From Actinomycetes bacterium (GTDB lineage Bacteria; Actinomycetota; Thermoleophilia; Solirubrobacterales; Solirubrobacteraceae), in contig JBAXRO010000002.1 in NCBI GenBank assembly GCA_037131165.1, forward strand, positions 6,144-70,143: DNA of 64,000 nt, given 5' to 3'. Under the pieces are notes generated by a model. The model searched no databases. It was not told the origin of the DNA and worked only from the letters and a program-made list of their open reading frames with translations. Numbering within the stretch: position 1 is the stretch's first letter; each line of letters starts with the position of its first letter. This document shows, in pieces, positions 42,286 through 51,653 of this stretch. The translations under genes were made by a program, and so were the position numbers.

Positions 42286-43680
42286 ATGACCGCCAGCGGC
42301 TACTTCAACGGTCCGTGGCCAGCCGAAGACGGCGGCGCGCGGCGACTCCAAGCACCCCATGGTGAGCAGGGCCTCGGTATCGAGGCCGGCGAGTCGCTCT
42401 CCGTCTTGGCGGCACGCAGGGTCGGCGGAATCCAGATGATCGTCCGCGGCCCCGGGGACTCGATGTACGCACTGCGATCGATCCTCGGTCGCAGGGCGTT
42501 GCTCGACCCGGCGGAAACAGTGATCGAGCGGATCGACCCAATCACGCTCGAGTCTCTGGCCGAATCGCCCAGCCTGCCTGCTGGCCCCTGGTGGGCAGGA
42601 GGTCTGGCCGTCCTCGCCGACGGCGGAGTCGTCGCGATCAGCGGGCGCTGGGCCCACCGACTCGATCCCGACTCACTGCAGCCGACAGCCGCACGGGAAC
42701 TCCCTGTTGACGCCCCGTACAACTCATTCGTCGCCCTCGCCGACGGGACCCTCGTGACCAAGGACTTCGACCGTTCGCTCAACCGTCCCGCGACGCTTCT
42801 CGCACTGGACCCAGTCACGCTGGAAGACCGGGCTTCCCCCCTCCGCCTGCCCGAGACCGTGATCGCGCGGCTCAGCGCCGACTCGACAGAGATCTACGCG
42901 GTCGGGGTCAACCGCGCGATGAGGATCCGCTGGGATGGAGCCGATCTCTCCCTCGACGATTGGCAGCACCACTACCGGACCGGGTCAGGCGGCGGCTACG
43001 GATGGGACCCGGTGATCGCAGCCGGGAGACTGTGGTTCCTCGATCAGGGGCGCCACCGCTTCCGCCTTTCGATGCGCGGCTCCGGACTCGACAAGGGGCC
43101 GGTCAGGCTGCACTCGATCCCACTGGACGACGCATCCGGCGCGACGTCTGTCGTGATCTGCGGCGAGCCATACGGGGCGATCACCAACCCGCCGCTGATC
43201 GACCCGGAAAGGATGATCGCCGTCGGCTACGACACGGCCAACGGCAGGATGACAGCGTTCGACATCCCCGAAACGCCATCGGCCGAACCGACGCCGAGAT
43301 GGCGCAAGGCGATCGACAGCGGGCCTCACCTGTTGCGCTGGGCCGAGACCGGCGAGATGCTCGCCTGCGACCACAGGGCCCCCTGGCCGCTCGGGACGAG
43401 GTCCGGATCGCGCCTGCTCGACACCGCACTCTCCGATGCGTTGCGCCTGTCGGGAGAGCGCACTCCACACCTCGAACCGAAGCTCGCCGAGCGGCTCGCC
43501 GGCGAGGACGCCGTCGTGCTCGACATCGAGACCGGCGAGGAGAAGGGACGAGCAAGACTGCCCGTGCTTTCGCAGTCGGTGATGTTCCCGACGGCAGGGG
43601 CCAACCGAGACGCGATCCTGACGACGATGACAGCGATATTCAGGGTCGGGCCGGGCAGCCCGAAGCCGATCCAGACCTGA
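42286..43680 (+). CDS. hypothetical protein (no signal peptide; beta-rich, possibly propeller-like)
   Basis: 464 aa with good codon bias. Recurrent ADG.(V/L)V strands: LADGGVVAISG, LADGTLVTKD. No recognised catalytic motif. Confidence 0.6.
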   Translation: MTASGYFNGPWPAEDGGARRLQAPHGEQGLGIEAGESLSVLAARRVGGIQMIVRGPGDSMYALRSILGRRALLDPAETVIERIDPITLESLAESPSLPAGPWWAGGLAVLADGGVVAISGRWAHRLDPDSLQPTAARELPVDAPYNSFVALADGTLVTKDFDRSLNRPATLLALDPVTLEDRASPLRLPETVIARLSADSTEIYAVGVNRAMRIRWDGADLSLDDWQHHYRTGSGGGYGWDPVIAAGRLWFLDQGRHRFRLSMRGSGLDKGPVRLHSIPLDDASGATSVVICGEPYGAITNPPLIDPERMIAVGYDTANGRMTAFDIPETPSAEPTPRWRKAIDSGPHLLRWAETGEMLACDHRAPWPLGTRSGSRLLDTALSDALRLSGERTPHLEPKLAERLAGEDAVVLDIETGEEKGRARLPVLSQSVMFPTAGANRDAILTTMTAIFRVGPGSPKPIQT

Positions 43681-43701
43681 CCTCCCGGCCAAGACCGGGA
43701 G

Positions 43702-43707
43702 TATTGT
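43702..43707 (+). promoter_or_regulatory. -10-like box TATTGT, 6 nt upstream of GTG 43714
   Basis: tattgt, then ggcgcc, then GTG. Confidence 0.35.
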
Positions 43708-43713
43708 GGCGCC

Positions 43714-45222
43714 GTGGAGGAGCGGGAGCCAGTCAAGCGACCCACCGGGCCTCGCTGGGCGGCAGCGGTTGGACTGATAACGCTGCTCGCGGCCGTGCCG
43801 AGACTGATCGCGATGAGGGAGGGCCTCGCCTGGGACGAGCTCTACCTCTACTCGCTCGTTCACGACCAGGGCCTCGGGGCGATGCTCGATGCCGTCCGCG
43901 CAACCGAGAAGACGCCGCCGCTCGGGTTCGTGACGGCCTGGCTTCCGGACCGGCTGGGCGGACCACCCCAACTGATCAGGCTGCCCGCACTGATCGCCGG
44001 GCTCTCGTTGGTGCCACTGACGGCCCTGCTCGCCAGGCGAGCCTTCGGCTCAACAGCCGGATTGGCCGCCGCCGCCCTGGCGGCCGCCAGTCCGTTCCTG
44101 CTGTTCTACTCGGTCGAAGCTCGCTCCTACTCGCTCACCGCGGCCCTCGCGCTCGGATCGACCCTCCTGCTGTTGAGGGCGCTCGACAACGCCTCGAAGC
44201 GGGACTGGGTCGCCTACTCGTTGCTCGGCGCGGCGGCGTTGATGAGCCACTACACGGCCGTGTCGGTGCTCGCGGTCCAGTTCGGCTGGGCGTTGGCGAC
44301 TCGCCCCGACCGACGTCGGGCCGCGCTGCTGGCGCAGGCCGCCCCGCTCCTCGCCACTCTCGCCTGGCTGCCCTCGATGGCCGATCAGGTGCGCAACTCC
44401 AGTGACGAGCTGGCCCGGCTCTCCGCCGCGGCTCCGCTCTCGCTCGACACTCTCGGCAGGCTGATCGGACGCACCCTGGTCGGCAACCCGTTCGTCGCGC
44501 TCGACCGGGTTCCGGGATCAGCGGCGCTCGTAGCGATCGCGATCGGAGCGACGATCGCCGCGGGATTCGCGCTCGCTCGCTTTGTCGAATGGTCGAGGCT
44601 CGACGAAAGGCCGAAGCCGAAAGCGGAGACGATGCTGCTTGTCCTGATCGCGGTCGCTCCGCTGGCATTGGCCCTGCTCGTCAGCCTGCAGCCGAAGCAG
44701 AGCATGCTGCTGCCGCGGAACGTCCTCGTCGGCCTGCCCGCCGCGCTCGCGCTGGTTTCGGCACTGCTGGTGAGGCCGCCGCGGCCCGCTGCCGCCGCGG
44801 CCTGCGCGCTCGTCATCGGAGGCCTCGCCGTCGGCTCCGCCGTGGCCTTGACGGAGGGGCGCCGCCCGGCATCGCGCGAGGCCGCGCTGGCCGTCTCCTC
44901 GCGCTGGAAGCCGGGAGACAGGATCCTCGATCTCTGCTGCATCGCTGGCGCACGCGGCCCGCTCGGGACGGCAGTAGCGATCAACCTGCCCGAGGACAGG
45001 AGAGCCGCGCTCTCCATCGTGACCCTTCGTGGAAACGGGATCTACGACGAGGTACTCCGTGAGCGGGGCCGCCTGTTTGTGATCGGATCAAGGATCGAAG
45101 GCAACAAGGACCTGATCCTGTTCAGCCCCCCGAAGGGATGGCCGGATGCCTACCGTCCGGTTTGGAGCAAGCGCTGGCCCGGGGTCGTCGAGACGGAGGC
45201 GATCGAGTACGTCCCCCGCTGA
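43714..45222 (+). CDS. GT-C fold glycosyltransferase (PMT_2/ArnT-like), paralog of 36592-38085
   Basis: WDELYLY in the first loop, FYSVEARSYSLTAAL and SHYTAVSVLAVQFGWAL align with the equivalent motifs of the first GT-C. About 11 or more TM segments. Confidence 0.65.
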   Translation: MEEREPVKRPTGPRWAAAVGLITLLAAVPRLIAMREGLAWDELYLYSLVHDQGLGAMLDAVRATEKTPPLGFVTAWLPDRLGGPPQLIRLPALIAGLSLVPLTALLARRAFGSTAGLAAAALAAASPFLLFYSVEARSYSLTAALALGSTLLLLRALDNASKRDWVAYSLLGAAALMSHYTAVSVLAVQFGWALATRPDRRRAALLAQAAPLLATLAWLPSMADQVRNSSDELARLSAAAPLSLDTLGRLIGRTLVGNPFVALDRVPGSAALVAIAIGATIAAGFALARFVEWSRLDERPKPKAETMLLVLIAVAPLALALLVSLQPKQSMLLPRNVLVGLPAALALVSALLVRPPRPAAAAACALVIGGLAVGSAVALTEGRRPASREAALAVSSRWKPGDRILDLCCIAGARGPLGTAVAINLPEDRRAALSIVTLRGNGIYDEVLRERGRLFVIGSRIEGNKDLILFSPPKGWPDAYRPVWSKRWPGVVETEAIEYVPR

Positions 45223-45229
45223 GTCGCGC

Positions 45230-46435
45230 TCAGCGGACGGAGACGGACGAGGCTGCCGCGCGGGCGCGCGCCCGCGCGGAATCGGTGTCGGGGCCAGTCG
45301 CCAGGACGACACCCATCCTCCTGCCGGGCCTCGAGTCGGGCTTGCCGAAGAGCCTCAGGTCAACCTCCGGATCGTCGGCGAGTGCTTTTGCGGCTCCTTC
45401 GATCAGGGGGTGGTCGGCTTCAGCCTCGGCGAGGACTACTGCGCTGGCGCCCGGCGCGATCAACGGGATCTCGCCTCCCGGCACCGCGAAGCCAAGGATC
45501 GCCCTGACGTGGAGCGCGAACTCCGGAAGCGCCTGGGTCGCCATCGTCACCATGCCGGTGTCGTGCGGTCGGGGCGAAACCTCGCTGAAGAGGACCTCGT
45601 CGCCGCGGATGAACAGCTCGACCCCGAAGATGCCGCGGCCACCGAGGGCGTCGGTGACGGCAGTCGCGATCTCGCGTGAGCGGACCAGCGCGGTCTCGCT
45701 CATTGCTTGCGGCTGCCATGACTCGCGGTAGTCGCCGTCGACCTGCACATGACCGATCGGCGCGCAGAACGAGGTTCCTCCGGCATGGCGGACCGTCAGC
45801 AGCGTGATCTCATAGTCGAACTCGACGAAGCCTTCGACGATCACCCTCCCTGCCCCCGTCCTCCCGGCCTCCTGAGCGTAAGCCCACGCCGCGGGGCCGC
45901 CATCGGGCTGCGAGACGACCGACTGCCCCTTCCCCGACGACGACATCACGGGCTTGACGACGCAGGGGACGCCGACTTCGGCGACGGCGGCGGCAACCTC
46001 CTCCTCGCTGTCGCAGAACCGGTAAGGCGAAGTCGGCATGCCGAGCTCCTCGGCCGCGAGACGGCGAATCCCCTCACGGTCCATGGTCAGGCGCGCTGCC
46101 CTCGCAGTCGGCACGACATGCACCCCTTCCGCCTCGAGCAGTTCGAGCTCGGCGGTGGCGATCGCCTCGATCTCAGGCACGACCAGCAGACGGGCGCACG
46201 GGCGGGCCCGCTCGGCCTCGATCAGCGCGCGGAGCTCAGCCGGGTCGGTCATGTCGATCACGGCCGAACGGTCAGCGATCCGCTGGGCGGGAGCGCCCGC
46301 GTAGCGATCGACGGCCACGACCTCGCAGCCGAGCCGCTGCGCCTCGATCACGACTTCCCGACCGAGCTCGCCCGAGCCGAGCAGGACCAGCCGAACGGCC
46401 GCCTCGCTGCCCGGGACTCCGATCGCATCACTCAC
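45230..46435 (-). CDS. purT: formate-dependent phosphoribosylglycinamide formyltransferase (GAR transformylase 2)
   Basis: [25 protein letters not shown]-grasp body, [11 protein letters not shown] 46435 lies 7 nt after TATTGT and gives an N-terminus of E. coli PurT-like length. The longer track ORF overlaps the cupin gene. Confidence 0.85.
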   Translation of the reverse strand: MSDAIGVPGSEAAVRLVLLGSGELGREVVIEAQRLGCEVVAVDRYAGAPAQRIADRSAVIDMTDPAELRALIEAERARPCARLLVVPEIEAIATAELELLEAEGVHVVPTARAARLTMDREGIRRLAAEELGMPTSPYRFCDSEEEVAAAVAEVGVPCVVKPVMSSSGKGQSVVSQPDGGPAAWAYAQEAGRTGAGRVIVEGFVEFDYEITLLTVRHAGGTSFCAPIGHVQVDGDYRESWQPQAMSETALVRSREIATAVTDALGGRGIFGVELFIRGDEVLFSEVSPRPHDTGMVTMATQALPEFALHVRAILGFAVPGGEIPLIAPGASAVVLAEAEADHPLIEGAAKALADDPEVDLRLFGKPDSRPGRRMGVVLATGPDTDSARARARAAASSVSVR

Positions 46436-46442
46436 CGTCGGG

Positions 46443-46448
46443 ACAATA
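46443..46448 (-). promoter_or_regulatory. -10-like box TATTGT, 7 nt upstream of GTG 46435
   Basis: Plus strand reads acaata. Confidence 0.4.
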
Positions 46449-46467
46449 CGCACCCCGGTCGGTCGGT

Positions 46468-46473
46468 TAGATT
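46468..46473 (+). promoter_or_regulatory. -10-like box TAGATT, 7 nt upstream of ATG 46481
   Basis: tagatt, then tctgccc, then ATG. Confidence 0.4.
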
Positions 46474-46480
46474 TCTGCCC

Positions 46481-46849
46481 ATGCTCGAACCCCCGCATCT
46501 CGATTCGCTTGAGCCGTTCATCACCGTTGACGGCTCGTCGATCCGCGAGCTGGCGCATCCGTCGTGGACGGCGGCCGCAAACCAATCGCTGGCCGAGGCG
46601 ACGCTCGGCCCCGGAGGCAAGACGGCCGAGCACTACCACCCGGTCGCCGAGGAGATCTACCACTTCACTTCAGGGAGCGGCAGGATGCGACTCGGCGATG
46701 AGGAGTTCGACGTGCGGGTGGGCCATGCGGTGGTGATCCCCCCGGGCGTCCCCCACAAGATTTGGAACACCGGCGAGGGTGACCTCGTCCTGCTCTGTTG
46801 TTGTGCCCCGGCGTACAGCGACGACGACGTCGTGATGACCGGCCGCTGA
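46481..46849 (+). CDS. cupin domain protein
   Basis: 122 aa with the two cupin motifs [17 protein letters not shown] and [18 protein letters not shown]. Confidence 0.65.
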   Translation: MLEPPHLDSLEPFITVDGSSIRELAHPSWTAAANQSLAEATLGPGGKTAEHYHPVAEEIYHFTSGSGRMRLGDEEFDVRVGHAVVIPPGVPHKIWNTGEGDLVLLCCCAPAYSDDDVVMTGR

Positions 46850-46861
46850 TCCGGTTTGCGG

Positions 46862-46891
46862 TTGACAATCCGTCGCAATTGGCTCTAGTCT
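46862..46891 (+). promoter_or_regulatory. sigma-70-type promoter TTGACA-N18-TAGTCT upstream of the sulfatase gene
   Basis: -35 at 46862-46867 and -10 at 46886-46891. ATG 46935 is preceded by AAGGGGAAGAG. Confidence 0.45.
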
Positions 46892-46934
46892 CGGTCAGCC
46901 TGCCGGAGGAGCAGGTTCGACTCAAGGGGAAGAG

Positions 46935-48857
46935 ATGAAGAGGGTTCCGAGCAAGCTTGTCCCGTTCGCGATCGCCATGGCCGTGTTCTCGGCGTCGGCG
47001 TCGTCCGCTGTCGCGAGGACCGTTTCGAACACGAAGGACGGCAGGCCCAACATCGTCATCGTGATGACCGACGACCAGTCGGTCGAGGACTTGGACGCCA
47101 AGGGGATCGACACCGGAACGGGGCGGGCAATTGACGCCATGCCCGCAGTCGCCCAACTGCTCACCGGCAAGGGAGCACGGTTCGACAACGCGATCGACTC
47201 CTTCCCCCTTTGCTGCCCGTCCAGGGCGACGTTCATCACCGGCCAGTACGCCCACAACCACGGAGTCGGGGGCAACTTCTTCCCTTACGGCTGGTACGGG
47301 ATGACGGACCGGGCCAACACCCTCCCGAAGTGGCTCAAGGACTCCGGGTACTACACGGCCGCGGTCGGCAAGTGGCTCAACGGCTACGGAGCGGGAACCT
47401 CCGCCGACAAGGACGCGCAAGGCAATCCGCTCAAGGCGGGCGGCGAAAAGCCCGCCGGTTTCGACAACTGGAACGGCGCGGTCGACGTCTCCGCCTACGA
47501 CTACTTCAATCTCGCCCTCAACCAGAACGGAACCGTGAAGTACTGGGGCGACAAGAATTACGCCAAGGCGCTCAACGACTTCGCCCGCATCCAGGTGATG
47601 GGTCCGGCCGCCAAGAGCATCTTCACCGTGCTTGAGCGGGCGGCCGATCTCTTCGGCAACACCAATCCCTCGGCGTCGCTCAGCGAGAAGCTCGGCGCCT
47701 TGGGGAAGGCGGCGGCCGATCCGACCACCTACGGAGCAGTGCCCAAGCCCGGTTGTGACAGCACCACCAATCGCTACAACCTCACCAAGAGCTGCTATTC
47801 GCCCGACGTCACGGCGGCGATCTCAGACTCGATCATCAAGTCGCAGAAGAGCTCGAAGAAGCCCTTCTTCCTCTGGTGGTCGCCGGCCTCCCCGCACAGG
47901 GAGGACGTCAACGGCGGGATCCGCAACGGCCTCCGAGGGGGAGTCCGCTACAAGGCGCTTCCGGGCAATCCAAAGAAGGAAGACGTCCAGCCGTCAAAGA
48001 TCGTCCCCGACCCGCGGCCGGCTCCCCGCTACGCGAAGGCCAAGTTCGACTGGACCAAGATCACCTCCAAGCCGTCGTTCGACGCTGCGCCAACCGACAA
48101 ACCGGCCAGCCAGCGCGAGAACCCCGTGTTGAAGAAGCCCCTTTCCGCTCTCGACCGACAGCGCCTCGAAGCCAACTACAACGGCCGACTCGCCTCGCTG
48201 AAGGCCGTCGACGATGGCTTCAAGAAGATCTACGACACCCTCAAAGCGACCAAGCAGCTCGACAACACGCTCTTCGTCTTCACCTCGGACAACGGCTGGT
48301 TGAATGGCGAGCACAGGGTCCCCGGGGACAAGTTCCTTCCCTACGAGGAGTCGATCCGGGTGCCGCTGATCATGCGTGGCCCCGGGATCCCCGCCGGGCG
48401 CAGGGTCAGCAACCTCGTGACCAACGTCGACTTTGCGTCGACGATCCTCGAGGTGGCCAAGGCGACGGCGACGGCGGGACGCGTCCAGGACGGCATCTCG
48501 CTGCTCGGGCTCGCCAAGGGCACAGCGAACCCGCTGCCGAGGGCCATCGCGCTCGAGGCGAATGCGCCTCTGTTCGCCGATGCCTCGATGCCGCAGCAGT
48601 GGGACCATCCCTACCGCGGGGTCAGGACCGATCGCTGGAAGTACGTGATCTGGTGTGAGAAGAACAACCCGGAAGCGAAGGACGCCCAGACCTGCACGCC
48701 CAACGGTGACAAGGAGCTCTACGACCTCCAAGCCGACCGGTACGAACTGAACAACCTCGCCGACAACCCGGCCTACGCCGTGATTCAAGCCGCCCTTCAG
48801 GCGAAGCTCGACACTCTCAAGGCGTGCTCCGGGCTGGGCTGTCGGATACCGCAGTGA
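46935..48857 (+). CDS. secreted formylglycine-dependent sulfatase
   Basis: Signal KLVPFAIAMAVFSASASSAVA. PNIVIVMTDDQ. Sulfatase signature PLCCPSRATFITGQYAHNHG (C-x-P-x-R). FTSDNGW. Confidence 0.85.
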   Translation: MKRVPSKLVPFAIAMAVFSASASSAVARTVSNTKDGRPNIVIVMTDDQSVEDLDAKGIDTGTGRAIDAMPAVAQLLTGKGARFDNAIDSFPLCCPSRATFITGQYAHNHGVGGNFFPYGWYGMTDRANTLPKWLKDSGYYTAAVGKWLNGYGAGTSADKDAQGNPLKAGGEKPAGFDNWNGAVDVSAYDYFNLALNQNGTVKYWGDKNYAKALNDFARIQVMGPAAKSIFTVLERAADLFGNTNPSASLSEKLGALGKAAADPTTYGAVPKPGCDSTTNRYNLTKSCYSPDVTAAISDSIIKSQKSSKKPFFLWWSPASPHREDVNGGIRNGLRGGVRYKALPGNPKKEDVQPSKIVPDPRPAPRYAKAKFDWTKITSKPSFDAAPTDKPASQRENPVLKKPLSALDRQRLEANYNGRLASLKAVDDGFKKIYDTLKATKQLDNTLFVFTSDNGWLNGEHRVPGDKFLPYEESIRVPLIMRGPGIPAGRRVSNLVTNVDFASTILEVAKATATAGRVQDGISLLGLAKGTANPLPRAIALEANAPLFADASMPQQWDHPYRGVRTDRWKYVIWCEKNNPEAKDAQTCTPNGDKELYDLQADRYELNNLADNPAYAVIQAALQAKLDTLKACSGLGCRIPQ

Positions 48858-48862
48858 GCGAA

Positions 48863-48899
48863 GTTGGGGTCGGGGCCGGATCGCGGACCCGACCCCAAC
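48863..48899 (+). terminator. hairpin after the sulfatase gene
   Basis: GTTGGGGTCGGG, a 13-nt loop, then CCCGACCCCAAC: perfect 12-bp stem, 5 nt after the stop, no U-tract. Confidence 0.5.
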
Positions 48900-48978
48900 C
48901 GGTCGCCCGGTGCCAGGCGATCAGGATGTTTGTGGCGAACTGGCGAAGTCTTTACCTGCGACCGGTAACCTCGTTCCG

Positions 48979-50619
48979 GTGATCGTCCCTCGCGTCAGAA
49001 TGATCTTGCTCGCTGGCATCGTCTCGGTGGCCGTGGGTGCTGCGCTGCCGACAGCGGCCAGCGCCGGGTTCCAGCTTGGGATCGACGGGTCGGGGCTGAA
49101 CCTTGGCCTCAGCAACACGAGTAGTTCCGAGACGCTGGTAACGGCAACCGGTTCCTCAGTCTTCAGACGCTTCGTGTACTGGAGCCAAGTCGCTCCGCAG
49201 CGGCCGGGCAATCCGACCGATCCGTCGGACCCGGCCTACAAGTGGGCGGCGCCGGATCAACTAGCCAGAATTGCGGCGGGAGCTGGCACCTCCGCCATGT
49301 TTGCAATGTACTCGGCACCGAGCTGGGCGGAAGGAGCAAACCGGCCGACGACGGGCTACGGGCGACTGATGAATGAGCCCCCCTATCCCGGGTCTTGGAG
49401 ACCAAACCCCGTTGAACTCGGGTACTTCGCGCAGGCTTTGGCGAAACGCTACGACGGGAACACGCCAGACCCGCTGTTCCCCGGACGGAAGTTACCGGCC
49501 GTCAACCTGTTTGAGGCTTGGAACGAGCCGAACTACAAGATGTTCTTGGCGCCGCAGTGCACCAAGGGGACCATGATCGCAGGAAACATCTGTACCAGCG
49601 GCGGAAAGCTTGCGGCGCCGGAGCACTACCGACTGATGCTCAATGAATTCTTCAAAGGAGTCAAGAATTCCCAGCCGTCTGCCGTCGTCATCGGCGGTGC
49701 TCTTGGCCCTTACGGGAACAGCTCACAGGGCTACGAGATCGACCCGCAGGTCTTCGCCAGGAGCCTCCTCTGCTTGGGTGGAAGCGCTGCTGCTCCATCT
49801 CCGCTTCCCGCGCGATCGTGTCCAGTCAAGGTGAATCTCGATGGACTTTCCTTCCATCCCTACACGCTCACTGGGACACCTACTACGAAGGCCTCATCGC
49901 CCAACGGTGGCGCGCTCGGTAACGCGCCTGATCTGCGTCGGGCGCTCGACCGCGCTGCCTCGACCGGCTCGGTTCTTCCTGCCGGCAGGAAGGTCCTATG
50001 GGAGACCGAGACGGGATGGATGACCTGCCCGCCCTGCAGGTCGACAGTGAACGCGGGACAAGCAATTGGAGTAGCTCCTGATGTAGCCGCCCGTTACACG
50101 GCAGAGATGATCTACCGAGCTTGGTCGTGGGGGGTCGATGGACTGGTCTGGTACGGAATCCTCGACAGTCCAACGTGGCCGGCTGGACTCAATTATCGCT
50201 GCGCGCTTTCCGCGACGACGCGATTCGAATTCTGCCCGGCAGCGGGTCAGTCTGACGCGGTCGCGAAGCCCTCCCTGGCTGCCTTCCGCTTCCCGCTCTT
50301 CTCCGCGAAGACCTCCTCCACCATGGCGTTTTCCTGGGTCCTGAGTCCGTGCAAGGTCCCCGGCTCTACTGTCAGGTTAGAGGTCCTCAGCAGCAGAACG
50401 AAGAAGTGGAGCGCGCTCAACGTTCCCGGCCCTGTCGACCCGAAAACCAAGAGGCCGACTTCAATTCCGCTGACCCTGACTTTGCCAGCCGGCACCGACG
50501 GCACAGCGAAGAGCGCCGCGTGGACGATCCCGACTTACACGACCTCGATCCGCGCCACGGCGAGTGGAACAGGCTGCAGCACCGAGACCAGCATCGCCAT
50601 GCCGATCGCCTCCAAGTGA
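48979..50619 (+). CDS. secreted clan GH-A-like glycoside hydrolase (TIM barrel, NEP acid/base motif); family unassigned
   Basis: Signal (M)IVPRVRMILLAGIVSVAVGAALPTAASA. NLFEAWNEPN is the clan-A acid/base motif. ATG 49000 is an alternative start. Codon usage is visibly less GC3-biased than in the neighbours. Confidence 0.5.
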   Translation: MIVPRVRMILLAGIVSVAVGAALPTAASAGFQLGIDGSGLNLGLSNTSSSETLVTATGSSVFRRFVYWSQVAPQRPGNPTDPSDPAYKWAAPDQLARIAAGAGTSAMFAMYSAPSWAEGANRPTTGYGRLMNEPPYPGSWRPNPVELGYFAQALAKRYDGNTPDPLFPGRKLPAVNLFEAWNEPNYKMFLAPQCTKGTMIAGNICTSGGKLAAPEHYRLMLNEFFKGVKNSQPSAVVIGGALGPYGNSSQGYEIDPQVFARSLLCLGGSAAAPSPLPARSCPVKVNLDGLSFHPYTLTGTPTTKASSPNGGALGNAPDLRRALDRAASTGSVLPAGRKVLWETETGWMTCPPCRSTVNAGQAIGVAPDVAARYTAEMIYRAWSWGVDGLVWYGILDSPTWPAGLNYRCALSATTRFEFCPAAGQSDAVAKPSLAAFRFPLFSAKTSSTMAFSWVLSPCKVPGSTVRLEVLSSRTKKWSALNVPGPVDPKTKRPTSIPLTLTLPAGTDGTAKSAAWTIPTYTTSIRATASGTGCSTETSIAMPIASK

Positions 50620-51560
50620 GCGACGACAAGTTCGAACTCGGAGCCGAGATCGACACCGACGGCTCCTTCCGCCGTCAGGAGAACATCTTCCGCTCAGCCG
50701 TCACAGTTGACGGCAGCAGCCCTTTCCCGGCCGAGGCAGGCCGCTACCACCTCTACATCTCCTGGGCCTGCCCGTGGGCCCACAGGGCTGCAATCGCCCG
50801 ACAGCTGAAGGGCCTCGACGGAGTCGTGTCGATGTCGGCGGTGGATCCGATCCGCGACGCGCGCGGCTGGGCGTTCACCGGCGGCGAGTACACCGACCCG
50901 GTCAACGGCTTCGAGTTCCTCAAGGAGGCCTACCTCGAGGCCGAACCCGCCTTCGACCAACGCGTCACCGTCCCCGTCCTTTGGGACAAGGAGAGCGGCA
51001 CGATCGTCAACAACGAATCGAGCGAGCTGCTGAGGATCTTCGACTCCGGATTCGGCGACCTGGCGAATGACTCCATGACCCTCTACCCGGAACAGTGGCG
51101 AAGCGAGATCGACTCGATCAACCAAGTGGTCTACGACCGGGTCAACAACGGCGTGTACAAGGCCGGCTTCGCGACAACACAGTCGGCCTACGAGACAGCA
51201 GTCGAACCCCTTTTCGCGACACTCGACGAGCTCGATTCACGGCTATCGGGGCAACGGTGGCTCGTCGGCAGCGAGTCCCCGACCGAGGCCGACTGGCGGC
51301 TCTTCACGACCCTCGTCCGCTTCGATGCCGTCTACGTCGGCCACTTCAAGTGCAACATCAGGAGGATCGCCGACTACCCCTCGCTCTCGGGCTACCTGCG
51401 CGACCTCTACAGGCAGCCCGGAATCGCGGAGACCGTCCGGATCGATGAGATCAAGGCGCACTATTACGCGACCCATCCGATGATCAACCCCACGGGGATC
51501 ATCCCGTCCGGCCCGGAACTCGACCTCGATTCCGATCCGGGTCGTGAGCACCTCGTCTGA
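50616..51560 (+). CDS. yqjG: glutathionyl-hydroquinone reductase (Xi-class GST, YqjG/ECM4 family)
   Basis: GRYHLYISWACPWAHRAAI (CPWAHR active site) and VPVLWDK. GTG 50616 overlaps the GH stop (GTGA). Confidence 0.85.
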   Translation: MSDDKFELGAEIDTDGSFRRQENIFRSAVTVDGSSPFPAEAGRYHLYISWACPWAHRAAIARQLKGLDGVVSMSAVDPIRDARGWAFTGGEYTDPVNGFEFLKEAYLEAEPAFDQRVTVPVLWDKESGTIVNNESSELLRIFDSGFGDLANDSMTLYPEQWRSEIDSINQVVYDRVNNGVYKAGFATTQSAYETAVEPLFATLDELDSRLSGQRWLVGSESPTEADWRLFTTLVRFDAVYVGHFKCNIRRIADYPSLSGYLRDLYRQPGIAETVRIDEIKAHYYATHPMINPTGIIPSGPELDLDSDPGREHLV

Positions 51561-51653
51561 AAAATCGCCCTTTTGGCGCTTGAGAGCGCCCTCAGGCCGC
51601 TACCCTGAAGGCCAGGCCGGAGTCCCTCCCACCTCGACCGAAACGGTGACATC

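Noticed and set aside
42960-44405. 481-aa plus-strand ORF, and similar long Arg-rich ORFs (for example 12711-13778, 58429-59535, 60621-61571, 31151-32212, 39313-40236)
   Set aside because: All overlap better-supported genes in other frames or on the other strand. Their products are dominated by R/P/G/A runs with no domain signatures, so they are GC-driven open frames.
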